From NCBI GenBank assembly GCA_963727455.1, contig CAVSGG010000014.1, positions 1 to 61,567 on the forward strand: a stretch of DNA of 61,567 bases, written 5' to 3'. Numbering within the stretch: position 1 is the first letter of the stretch; the number at the start of each line of letters is the position of its first letter. Both the position numbers and the translations under genes were made by a program. The notes beneath the pieces are model-generated. The model saw nothing but the letters and a program-made list of their open reading frames with translations, ran no database searches and had not been told where the DNA came from. This DNA is from Candidatus Krumholzibacteriota bacterium (GTDB lineage Bacteria > Krumholzibacteriota > Krumholzibacteriia > JAJRXK01). Shown piece after piece: positions 15,454-23,617 of the stretch.

Positions 15454-18400
15454 ATGAGACCCCGATCCCGCGTTCTTTGGATGCTTGCCCTCCTGCTCTT
15501 GGGCATCCTCGCGTCTGGCTCCGCGCGGGCCGCAAACGAATACATTCAGACCTCCGATATCCACGGCGATGAGATCGTCTTCATGGCGGAGGGCGATCTC
15601 TGGCTCGCCTCCACCAGTGGGGGGACGCCGCAGCGTCTGACCACCCACGTGGGATCGGAGTACTTCCCTGCTTTCTCACCTGACGGAAGGCAGATTGCAT
15701 TTACCGGCTCCTACGACGGGAACAGCGATGTCTTCATAATCCCGACGACTGGTGGAGAGCCACAGCGACTGACCTGGCACCCGGGAGGCGATCAGGTGGT
15801 AGGTTGGTGGCCGGATGGCAGCAAGGTGATCTTCCGCAGCAGCCGCAGCGACCCCAATCACACTTCTCATCTCTTCACCGTCGATCTGAAAGGCGGAGAT
15901 CCGGTGGAGTTGCCCCTGGGTTGGGCGGCGCGCATCGACGTCGATCCCAAGACCGGAATGTATGCCTTCGACCGCTCCACACGCGAGTGGGCCACCTGGA
16001 AACGCTATCGCGGCGGAACCGCTTCCAACCTCTGGGTGGGCGATCCCACCAAAGCCGACTACAAGCAAATCACCAATTTCGCCGGGATGGACCTGTTTCC
16101 CATGTGGCATGACGGTCTCATCTACTTTCTGAGCGATCAGGGAGGCACGGCCAACATCTGGTCCATCAAACCTGACGGCAGCGATCGCAAGCGACACACT
16201 GATTTCGGCAAATGGGACGCTCGCTGGCCGGCGATGGGTCCCGATGGACGTATCGTGTTCACCCTGGCCGGGGATCTCCACATCTTCGATCCGGCGACAG
16301 ACAAGACGCAGAAGGTGGACCTCAATTTGCCTAGCGACCGCAAGCTGACGCGAACGCGCTATCCCGATGCCGAGAAGAACATGACCGAATTCGCGCTTGC
16401 TCCCGATGGGGAGAGGGTGGCCGTGACGACGCGTGGCGAAATCTTCTCGGTGCCCGTAAAGGACGGCGTGACGCTGCCCATCACCCGCGGCACCGGTTCC
16501 CGCGAACGTGGCGTGAGTTATGGACCCAAGGGAGAGAAGATCCTCTACATCACCGATGAGCCCCACGAGGACGAGTTCAGGATGGTGGACGCCTGGGGCC
16601 GGGGCGAACCCACGGTGGTGAAAAAGGCGGGTACCAAGACCTGGCACCATCGGCCGATCATGTCCCCTGACGGCAAGTGGATCGCCTGGTCCGACAATAC
16701 CTTCACCCTCTTCGTGAAACCGGTCGATGGGGGCACGCCACAAAAGGTCGATCATAGCGAACTGTTCGAAATCGGAAACTACAGTTGGAGTCCGGACGGG
16801 CGTTGGCTGGCCTACGACAAGCTGCTGCCCAACCAATACACCTCGGTGTACATCTACGACACCAAGGAGAACAAGACCCACGAGCTCACCGGTCCCAACA
16901 CGACGGACTACAGTCCCACTTGGGATCCCGACGGGCGATACCTCTACTTCATCAGCGACCGGGCCACCAATCCCTTGATCGGCGAGAACGACTACATCGA
17001 CGTCGAGTTCAAGAACGACATGCTCTACATGGTGCTTTTGCGCAAGGACGTAAAGGACCCCATGGCCAATCTGAATGGCCTGCCGCCCGATCAGGACAAG
17101 GGGGACAAGGACAAGAAGGACGACAAGGGAAAGAAGGAAGAGAAGAAAAAGGACGACGAAGACAAAGACAAAATCGAGCCGGTGAAGATCGACTTCGACG
17201 GACTCGCCGAGCGCTTCGTGGAACTCCCGGTCGATCGAGGCAACTACTACGACCTGGCGGCTACGAGCAAGAACCTCTTTTTCGTCTCCCGTCCGCGGAA
17301 AGGGATGGCCGAGAGAGGAGGTTTCTTCAGTGATCCCGAGCCTACGGACGTCCTGATGTCCTTCAGTCTGAAGGACAAGGAGGCCGACACCTTCGTCGAT
17401 GGCATCATGGCCTACGACCTGAATGCCAAAGCGGACAAGCTGGCCTTCATGAAACGCAAGGGCAGTCTCTACGTGGTCGATACGGGTTCGGCACCCAAAG
17501 ATCTCAGTAAAGCCAAGGTCGATCTCTCCGGGCTAGTGGTCGAGCTGGATCCGCGCGAGGAGTGGAGCCAGATGTACTACGAGGCCTGGCGCCAAATGCG
17601 AGATTTCTACTGGGACCCCAAGATGGGCGGAGTGGACTGGGAGGCCAAGCGCGACCAGTACGCCACTCTGCTGCCGCGCCTATCCAACCGGAGTGATCTG
17701 AGCGATCTCATCGGTCAGCTCTACGGCGAAATGGCCACCTCGCACACCTATGTATGGGGTGGAGATTCCGCAGTGAAGCTACCTCATGTGTCTACCGGCA
17801 TGCTGGGTGCTGATCTGGCGCGCGAGGGCAAAGCTTACAAAGTTACGCGGATCTATCGCGCTGACGATGCCGACCGCGTGCGTTCGCCGCTTCTAGAGCC
17901 TGGCGTGAACGTGAAAGAGGGCGACTACATTCTGGCCGTCAACCGCACGCCCTTCGACGGCATGCACTCCTTCTATTCCTCGATGGAGGACTTATCGGAC
18001 AAGTCAGTCCAGTTGACGGTGAACGACAAGCCCAGCATGGATGGTGCACGTGAAGTCACCGTGGTGCCCATGGGCAGCGAGAGCGACCTGCGCTACTCCG
18101 ATTGGGTGCGGCACAACCGCGAGTACGTAGCCAAGAAGACCGATGGCAAGATCGGCTATATCCACCTTCCCGACATGGGCAGTCACGGCATGATCGAGTT
18201 CAACACCTGGTTCTACCCGCAGCTCGACAAAGAGGGCATGGTCGTCGACGTACGTTGGAACGGCGGCGGCTCGGTCTCCCAGATCATCCTCGACCGTCTG
18301 CGCCGCCACGTGCTGAGCTTCGATCGCAACTGGGGCGGAGGGATCTGGACCTATCCCGACAAGGTCCTCAACGGGCCCTTCGTGGTGCTCACGAACGAAT

Positions 18401-18777
18401 TCGCCGGCTCGGACGGGGACATCTTCCCCCAGGCCGTGCAGCTGGAGAAATTAGCGCCGGTCATCGGCGAACGCTCGTGGGGCGGGGTGATCGGCATGAA
18501 CAGCCTACGGCCTCTGGTCGACGGGGGCGTGGTGACCATGTCGCAGACCGCCTGGTGGGATCCGCGCGACGGCTGGAGCCTGGAGAACCGCGGGGTGATT
18601 CCCGACATCGAGGTGCAGAACATGCCGCAGGATTTGGCCCGTGGCGTGGACACCCAACTCGATCGCGGGATTGCGGAAGTGATGAAGCTGCACGAGGAGC
18701 ACCCGCCCGCGAAGCCCCATTTCGGACCCATTCCTGGACGCGACCGCAAGGACTTCCAGAAGGAGCTCACGAACTGA
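15454..18777 (+). CDS. Tricorn protease homolog (S41; beta-propellers, PDZ, Tsp-like core) with signal peptide
   Basis: PD40-like repeats (FSPDG, WSPDG); GYIHLPDM; DVRWNGGG; catalytic AGSDGD; GERSWGG; ENRGVIPD. Confidence 0.95.
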   Translation: MRPRSRVLWMLALLLLGILASGSARAANEYIQTSDIHGDEIVFMAEGDLWLASTSGGTPQRLTTHVGSEYFPAFSPDGRQIAFTGSYDGNSDVFIIPTTGGEPQRLTWHPGGDQVVGWWPDGSKVIFRSSRSDPNHTSHLFTVDLKGGDPVELPLGWAARIDVDPKTGMYAFDRSTREWATWKRYRGGTASNLWVGDPTKADYKQITNFAGMDLFPMWHDGLIYFLSDQGGTANIWSIKPDGSDRKRHTDFGKWDARWPAMGPDGRIVFTLAGDLHIFDPATDKTQKVDLNLPSDRKLTRTRYPDAEKNMTEFALAPDGERVAVTTRGEIFSVPVKDGVTLPITRGTGSRERGVSYGPKGEKILYITDEPHEDEFRMVDAWGRGEPTVVKKAGTKTWHHRPIMSPDGKWIAWSDNTFTLFVKPVDGGTPQKVDHSELFEIGNYSWSPDGRWLAYDKLLPNQYTSVYIYDTKENKTHELTGPNTTDYSPTWDPDGRYLYFISDRATNPLIGENDYIDVEFKNDMLYMVLLRKDVKDPMANLNGLPPDQDKGDKDKKDDKGKKEEKKKDDEDKDKIEPVKIDFDGLAERFVELPVDRGNYYDLAATSKNLFFVSRPRKGMAERGGFFSDPEPTDVLMSFSLKDKEADTFVDGIMAYDLNAKADKLAFMKRKGSLYVVDTGSAPKDLSKAKVDLSGLVVELDPREEWSQMYYEAWRQMRDFYWDPKMGGVDWEAKRDQYATLLPRLSNRSDLSDLIGQLYGEMATSHTYVWGGDSAVKLPHVSTGMLGADLAREGKAYKVTRIYRADDADRVRSPLLEPGVNVKEGDYILAVNRTPFDGMHSFYSSMEDLSDKSVQLTVNDKPSMDGAREVTVVPMGSESDLRYSDWVRHNREYVAKKTDGKIGYIHLPDMGSHGMIEFNTWFYPQLDKEGMVVDVRWNGGGSVSQIILDRLRRHVLSFDRNWGGGIWTYPDKVLNGPFVVLTNEFAGSDGDIFPQAVQLEKLAPVIGERSWGGVIGMNSLRPLVDGGVVTMSQTAWWDPRDGWSLENRGVIPDIEVQNMPQDLARGVDTQLDRGIAEVMKLHEEHPPAKPHFGPIPGRDRKDFQKELTN

Positions 18778-18845
18778 GTCGAGTCAGATTGGACCGCGCC
18801 CGCCGGATTCGATGCTGAGCGGCGGGCAGTGGCAAAGCGAAAGCT

Positions 18846-18870
18846 ACCCCCTGGCCCTAGGCCAGGGGGT
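18846..18870 (+). terminator. Intrinsic terminator after the tricorn protease gene
   Basis: ACCCCCTGGCC-CTA-GGCCAGGGGGT followed by T-rich TGTGATTTCT. Confidence 0.7.
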
Positions 18871-18976
18871 TGTGATTTCTGAGTGAATTTCGGACAAATC
18901 AGTCCTGGAACTCTTCCTCTGCTTGACGAGTAACAGAAGAGCCAACCAGTACATTTCAATCCGGAGGTACATCCTC

Positions 18977-19498
18977 ATGAGGATTGCGGCCCTCGCCACC
19001 CTCTTGATGTGTCTCCCCCTGACCCTCTGGCCGGGATTGGCCAGCTCGAGCAGCGTCAACTCCAAGGCGGCCTCGGCTGACGCGCACTCTGCCGCCCCTT
19101 CCTTTCGTCTGCCGGCAGTCGAAGGCACTGTCGATTCGGATTCCCTACGGGGTCACCCCATACTCGTCGACTTCTGGGCCTCATGGTGTGGACCCTGTGC
19201 TGAGTCCTTCCCGTGGCTGAAGTCCGTGCAGGAGCGCTACGCGGACAAGGGACTGCGGGTCGTCGCCATCAATTTGGACAAGAAGCGCCAGGCCGCCGAG
19301 GACTTCCTCCTGAAGCACGAGGCGCCCTTCACCGTGGCCTTCGACCCGGAGGGAAAGACCGCCGAGGCCTTCCAGGTGCAGAGCATGCCCTCGAGCTTTC
19401 TGCTCGCTCCCGACGGGACGATTCTCTACACGAAGCACGGCTTTCGAGCGGATCACACGGAGGAGATCGAGGCCAAGATCGAGGAGGTCTGCCGATGA
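18977..19498 (+). CDS. TlpA-family thiol:disulfide oxidoreductase
   Basis: VDFWASWCGPC; MPSSFL cis-Pro region; GGAGG RBS. Confidence 0.92.
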   Translation: MRIAALATLLMCLPLTLWPGLASSSSVNSKAASADAHSAAPSFRLPAVEGTVDSDSLRGHPILVDFWASWCGPCAESFPWLKSVQERYADKGLRVVAINLDKKRQAAEDFLLKHEAPFTVAFDPEGKTAEAFQVQSMPSSFLLAPDGTILYTKHGFRADHTEEIEAKIEEVCR

Positions 19499-19734
19499 TG
19501 ACGCGTCTTCTTCGAGCTGTAGTCGGCCTGGCCCTCGTCCTCGGATTGGGGGGAGCGGTCAGTGGATGCGCCTCCATGCAAGTGAAGCCCTGGGATCGTG
19601 ACCTCTTGGCCGAACCGCAGATGAGCTTTAATCCCGAACCCATGTTGAGCGCGCTCGACGAGCACATCTACTTCAGCAAGGAGGGGTCGTTGGGCGGTCA
19701 AGATGCATCCGGGGGAGGCTGCGGATGCAACTAG
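19495..19734 (+). CDS. DUF4266 family small lipoprotein
   Basis: Lipobox VSGC; VKPWDRDLLA; H..FSKEG..GG..GGGCGCN C-terminus. Confidence 0.9.
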   Translation: MMTRLLRAVVGLALVLGLGGAVSGCASMQVKPWDRDLLAEPQMSFNPEPMLSALDEHIYFSKEGSLGGQDASGGGCGCN

Positions 19735-20987
19735 ATTCCCCCAAGAAACTCCCCTCGATTCGCGGAAAACTGGGAATGGCGGCGTGCCTGCTGCTGGCGT
19801 CGAGTCCCGCCAAGGCGCAAGTCAAGGCTCCGCTGCGCTGGCAGTTGGACATGTCGGGGCTGTTCTACGGCGAGCAGAGTCGCACGCGTGTCGTCGAACC
19901 CACGGCGCGCATCACCCGCCTCTTTCCCGACGGACAGACTCTGTCCGCCACGATCGCGTTGGATGCCATCACCGGAGCCTCGCCGACCGGGGGGATTGCC
20001 TCGACCAAAGTCATCACCACCACGACGGCGTCGGGGCGCTTGCAGAGGCAAGAGGTAGGGACCATTCCCACGAGCGACTTCCACGACATCCGCGGTGCGC
20101 TCGATCTGAACTGGACCAAGCCCACCGGTGGATGGCTCACCACTTCCTTGGGTACGCATCTTTCGAGCGAGAAGGACTATCGTTCACTGGGGGCGCACGG
20201 AAAACTCTCGGTTGCGTTCATGCATCGCCTGAGCACACTGACTCTGGGCGGGGGATACAATGCGGATGGCATTACCCCGGTCGGCGGCACGCGCGCGCCT
20301 TTGACGGATGGCACGGAGATCCTCGACAACGGAACACGGGCCAAGCACGTCACCACCATGCTTGCGGGTCTCTCCCGCGTGTTGACCCGCCGCTGGATGG
20401 TGGCGGTCGACTACTCACGAACCAACGAGCGGGGTTATCTCACCGACCCCTACAAGATCGTGAGCACCGTCGATTCTCGGACCGGCGATCCGGTCTCGCA
20501 GCTCACCGAAAACCGGCCGTCCACGCGCAAGCGGCAAGACGTGCTCGTGAGTTCCGTCTACCACTTCGATCGCGGCCTCCTCTATCTCTCCGATCGCGTG
20601 TACTGGGACGACTGGGGCATTCACTCGAACATGATCGACTTCAAGTACCGGCACCCACTGAAGCATGAAGCCTTCGTGGAGCCTCACATGAGGTTCTATT
20701 TTCAGGGTCGCGCCAATTTCTTCCACTACTCCCTCATCGATGGGGAGTCCTCGCCACAGTATGTCTCGGCGGACTACCGCCTGGGGGCGCTGCGGACTCT
20801 CACCCTGGGTCTCAGCTATGGTTTTCACCTGCAGAACACTCCGGGTTCCTGGAGCGTCCGCGGCGAGTACATGCGGCAGTGGGGCGACGGATTTCCGGCC
20901 GATGCCATCGGGAAGCAGCAGAACATCAATCTCGCTCCTCCGGTCAACATCGGCTCGGCTGCTGTCACCTACAGCTTGCAGTTCTGA
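19725..20987 (+). CDS. DUF3570 outer-membrane beta-barrel-like protein carrying a flavinylation motif
   Basis: DAITGASPTG, SSEKDY, GYLTDPYK, ENRP..R, DDWGI and SADYRL; C-terminal Phe. Confidence 0.88.
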   Translation: MQLDSPKKLPSIRGKLGMAACLLLASSPAKAQVKAPLRWQLDMSGLFYGEQSRTRVVEPTARITRLFPDGQTLSATIALDAITGASPTGGIASTKVITTTTASGRLQRQEVGTIPTSDFHDIRGALDLNWTKPTGGWLTTSLGTHLSSEKDYRSLGAHGKLSVAFMHRLSTLTLGGGYNADGITPVGGTRAPLTDGTEILDNGTRAKHVTTMLAGLSRVLTRRWMVAVDYSRTNERGYLTDPYKIVSTVDSRTGDPVSQLTENRPSTRKRQDVLVSSVYHFDRGLLYLSDRVYWDDWGIHSNMIDFKYRHPLKHEAFVEPHMRFYFQGRANFFHYSLIDGESSPQYVSADYRLGALRTLTLGLSYGFHLQNTPGSWSVRGEYMRQWGDGFPADAIGKQQNINLAPPVNIGSAAVTYSLQF

Positions 20988-20996
20988 GGAGGGAGC

Positions 20997-21920
20997 GTGC
21001 AACGACTGCGTGCACAATCCGGAGTACCCGAAGCGATCCCGGTGGCAATGGCTGAGGTGGAGGATTGCCACCTGGGACGCTTCGAGGCCATGGCCAGTCC
21101 CTGCAGCGTTTTGGTGAATGGTGGAAGCGCGGGTGAGGCGGAGGCGCTCACCCGCGTGGCGGCCAAAGAAGCACTGCGCATCGAACGCACCTTCAGCCGC
21201 TATCGTAGCGACAACATCGTCCATCGTATCAACCATTCCGAGGGGCGGCCGGTGCCAGTCGACGAGGAGACCGCGAAGCTTCTCGACTACGCGGCCACCT
21301 GCCACGAAATTTCCGGCGGTCTTTTCGACATCACTTCGGGAGTGCTGCGCAAGGTGTGGACCTTCGACGGTAGCACGCGAGTCCCTTCGCCAAAGGCAGT
21401 CCGCGCTGTCCTGGCCTTCGTGGGTTGGCAAAAGGTGGAATACGACGGCAGCAGCATCCGTTTGCCGGCCGGCATGCAGATCGATTTGGGCGGGATCGGC
21501 AAGGAATACGCGGTCGATCGAGCCGCGGCTTTACTCGCCGAGAGAACCGAGCGAGCCTTTCTCGTGAACTTCGGTGGCGACTTGTACGCGAGCGGTGTGA
21601 GGGAAGGCAAGCAGCCATGGGGAGTGGGCATCGAGGATCCCACTCGCACCGAAGAGGCAGTGCTCTATCGCGTCGAGTTGTGCGGCGGCGGATTGGCGAC
21701 CAGCGGCGACGCCCGTCGCTTCGTGATACACGAGGGCCGGCGCTTGGGACACATCCTCGATCCGCGAACCGGCTGGCCGGTGGAAGGCGCGCCGCGGGCT
21801 ATCACCGTGATCGCGTCGAGCTGTCTCGAGGCGGGCACTCTCTCGACCCTCGCTTACCTGCAGGGCAGCGCGGCTGAGAGTTTTCTCAAGCTACAAAAAG
21901 TACAGTACCAACTGATCTGA
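20997..21920 (+). CDS. apbE: FAD:protein FMN transferase ApbE
   Basis: FEAMAS, FSRY, GLFDIT, IDLGGIGKEYAVD, NFGGD, ATSG and HILDPRTG; start uncertain. Confidence 0.93.
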   Translation: MQRLRAQSGVPEAIPVAMAEVEDCHLGRFEAMASPCSVLVNGGSAGEAEALTRVAAKEALRIERTFSRYRSDNIVHRINHSEGRPVPVDEETAKLLDYAATCHEISGGLFDITSGVLRKVWTFDGSTRVPSPKAVRAVLAFVGWQKVEYDGSSIRLPAGMQIDLGGIGKEYAVDRAAALLAERTERAFLVNFGGDLYASGVREGKQPWGVGIEDPTRTEEAVLYRVELCGGGLATSGDARRFVIHEGRRLGHILDPRTGWPVEGAPRAITVIASSCLEAGTLSTLAYLQGSAAESFLKLQKVQYQLI

Positions 21921-22056
21921 AATACTGCTTCGTGCCGAGGGAAATTTGACGACCGCCTTGTCCTTCCCTTATGGTCGGTGACCCGAGAACGATTCACCAT
22001 GGTTCTCGAGATCGTTTTGCAAGATTTCTTTCACGATAGCAGCCGGAGTTTGAGCT

Positions 22057-22764
22057 ATGTCCAACTTGAAAAAGCACCCCTTTCACTTCCTTTGTCTCCT
22101 CACTTGTCTGGTGTTTCTCTCGAGCGTGTCGAGTTTCCGCGCGGCCCAGGCGGTCGAAGTCGTCACCTTGCATTCAGGAAACGCCGCGCCGGGGAATCCC
22201 GACCCACTGGTTCGCGTAGCGGTGGGGAGTTCGAGTACCTATTACTCACCCTTTCCCTTTACCACGGTGGACTTCGCCGCTGCTTGTGAGGGAAGCAACG
22301 CGGTGGTCGTCAGTCCTTATGCGGGTTGGGTGAGTGGACTCAACTGCGATCCTGAGGCGCAGTGGATCGGCATCAACTCCTCGCTCTCGCCGGCCTCGGC
22401 CCTCTACTGCCAGTCGTTCGACATTCAGAGCTGTTGCTTCGAATCGGCGTCACTTACCTTCTGCTGGGCCGCGGACGACCGACTCGCGGACGCAAGCGGC
22501 TACGGACCCAACGTGGATGGCGTCTATCTCAACGGGGTCGCGGTCAGCCCCAGTATCAACGGAGGCATCTTCAACAGCGAGAGCACGGTGGGACCCATCG
22601 ACGTGTCGGGGCTCGTACAATGCGGGACCAACGAGCTGCAGGTTTACAACCGGGACACTTCGGCCACCGCGAGCGGTGTGATCTACAGCGCGACGCTGGA
22701 AATCGTTCCCTGTGTGGTGCCCAACGAATCCCAGACCTTCGGCACCATCAAGTCGCAGTACTGA
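22057..22764 (+). CDS. Secreted Cys-rich beta-sandwich protein (PEP-CTERM cargo-like) with C-terminal FGTIKSQY tail
   Basis: Signal peptide ending AQA; WIG..ADD..VYLNG..GTNEL pattern; short C-terminal tail. Confidence 0.6.
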   Translation: MSNLKKHPFHFLCLLTCLVFLSSVSSFRAAQAVEVVTLHSGNAAPGNPDPLVRVAVGSSSTYYSPFPFTTVDFAAACEGSNAVVVSPYAGWVSGLNCDPEAQWIGINSSLSPASALYCQSFDIQSCCFESASLTFCWAADDRLADASGYGPNVDGVYLNGVAVSPSINGGIFNSESTVGPIDVSGLVQCGTNELQVYNRDTSATASGVIYSATLEIVPCVVPNESQTFGTIKSQY

Positions 22765-22918
22765 TGAGGCCGAGCTGAGCGCCCCGAGCACAAACCGGCC
22801 GTCAGGTCTAGGATCTGGCGGCCGAAGCTGCGCCTCTCGTGGCGGCGCCACTAAGGCGGAGTATTCTGTAAAGACGAGGAACCGCCCTGACAGGCATGAA
22901 CCTTTGAGAGAGAAAGCC

Positions 22919-23488
22919 ATGAGACTTCGCAGACAGTGGATACTCGGGTTGGTGATCGCGCTCTTTTCCGGAGGATTCGTGGTCGCGTGTAAGGACGATT
23001 CGCCGACCGCCAATCACAATGGCCCGGTCATGGCGGCCAATTTCTCGCTCGAAGACGTGAATGACAGCTCAGAGACTTTCGGGGCGGTGATCTCTCCGCG
23101 CGACTATCTGGGCAGCATCTCTGCCTGGTATTTCGGCCATTCCACCTGAGGCTACTGCCGAAGCCAGTTTGGCTTGATGGACAGCCTGCAGACCGAAATC
23201 GACGGACTAGGGTGGGAGAAAGAGGTGCACTTCCTGGGGGTCAACGCAATCGACCAGGAGGGTGGCAATAACCTTATTCCACTCATCGCCCGCCTCCCCT
23301 GGCTGCAAGACGATACCACCCAGCACGTGTGGGAGTCGTGGAACGCGACCTGGCGGGACCTCATCATCCTCAATCAGGACAACACGCCGGTGGCTAGATT
23401 CAACGTCACCACCTATAACCTGACCGACCCCGCAAACTTCGATTCCCTGAAGACCCTCCTCGAGTCCTTTGCCCAACCGGCACGATGA
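22919..23488 (+). CDS. Putative selenoprotein: lipoprotein thioredoxin/AhpC-TSA-fold redoxin with UxxC motif (UGA 23147-23149 read as Sec)
   Basis: ORFs 22712-23149 and 23174-23488 are in the same frame, joined by TGA GGC TAC TGC giving WYFGHST-U-GYC; lipobox VVAC; ANFSLEDVN, LGVN and LPWLQD redoxin features; SECIS-like hairpin. Confidence 0.82.
23150..23187 (+). promoter_or_regulatory. Bacterial SECIS-like stem-loop
   Basis: AAGCCA-GTT-TGGCTT hairpin (23161-23175) begins 11 nt after the UGA with a GU-initiated loop; outer GGCT/AGCC pairing. Confidence 0.7.
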
Positions 23489-23617
23489 ACACCTGCGACT
23501 TGGTTCTGCGGATGCTGGTGGCCGCTGGAATGAAAGAAGTCTTCGGGATTCCCGGCGAGGCCTTTGGGTTTGGCCTTTCGAAGCTGCGCGGCATTTTCGA
23601 ACAACTGGGCGACAGTA

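Noticed and set aside
17090-17175. Purine-rich GACAAG/AAGAAG quasi-repeat
   Set aside because: It encodes the Lys/Asp/Glu-rich linker typical of tricorn proteases; it is not an independent repeat element.
22712-23488. Two separate small ORFs, or a nonsense pseudogene
   Set aside because: The stop is UGA at the CxxC first-Cys position, the frame is continuous and a SECIS-like hairpin follows; Sec read-through explains this better.
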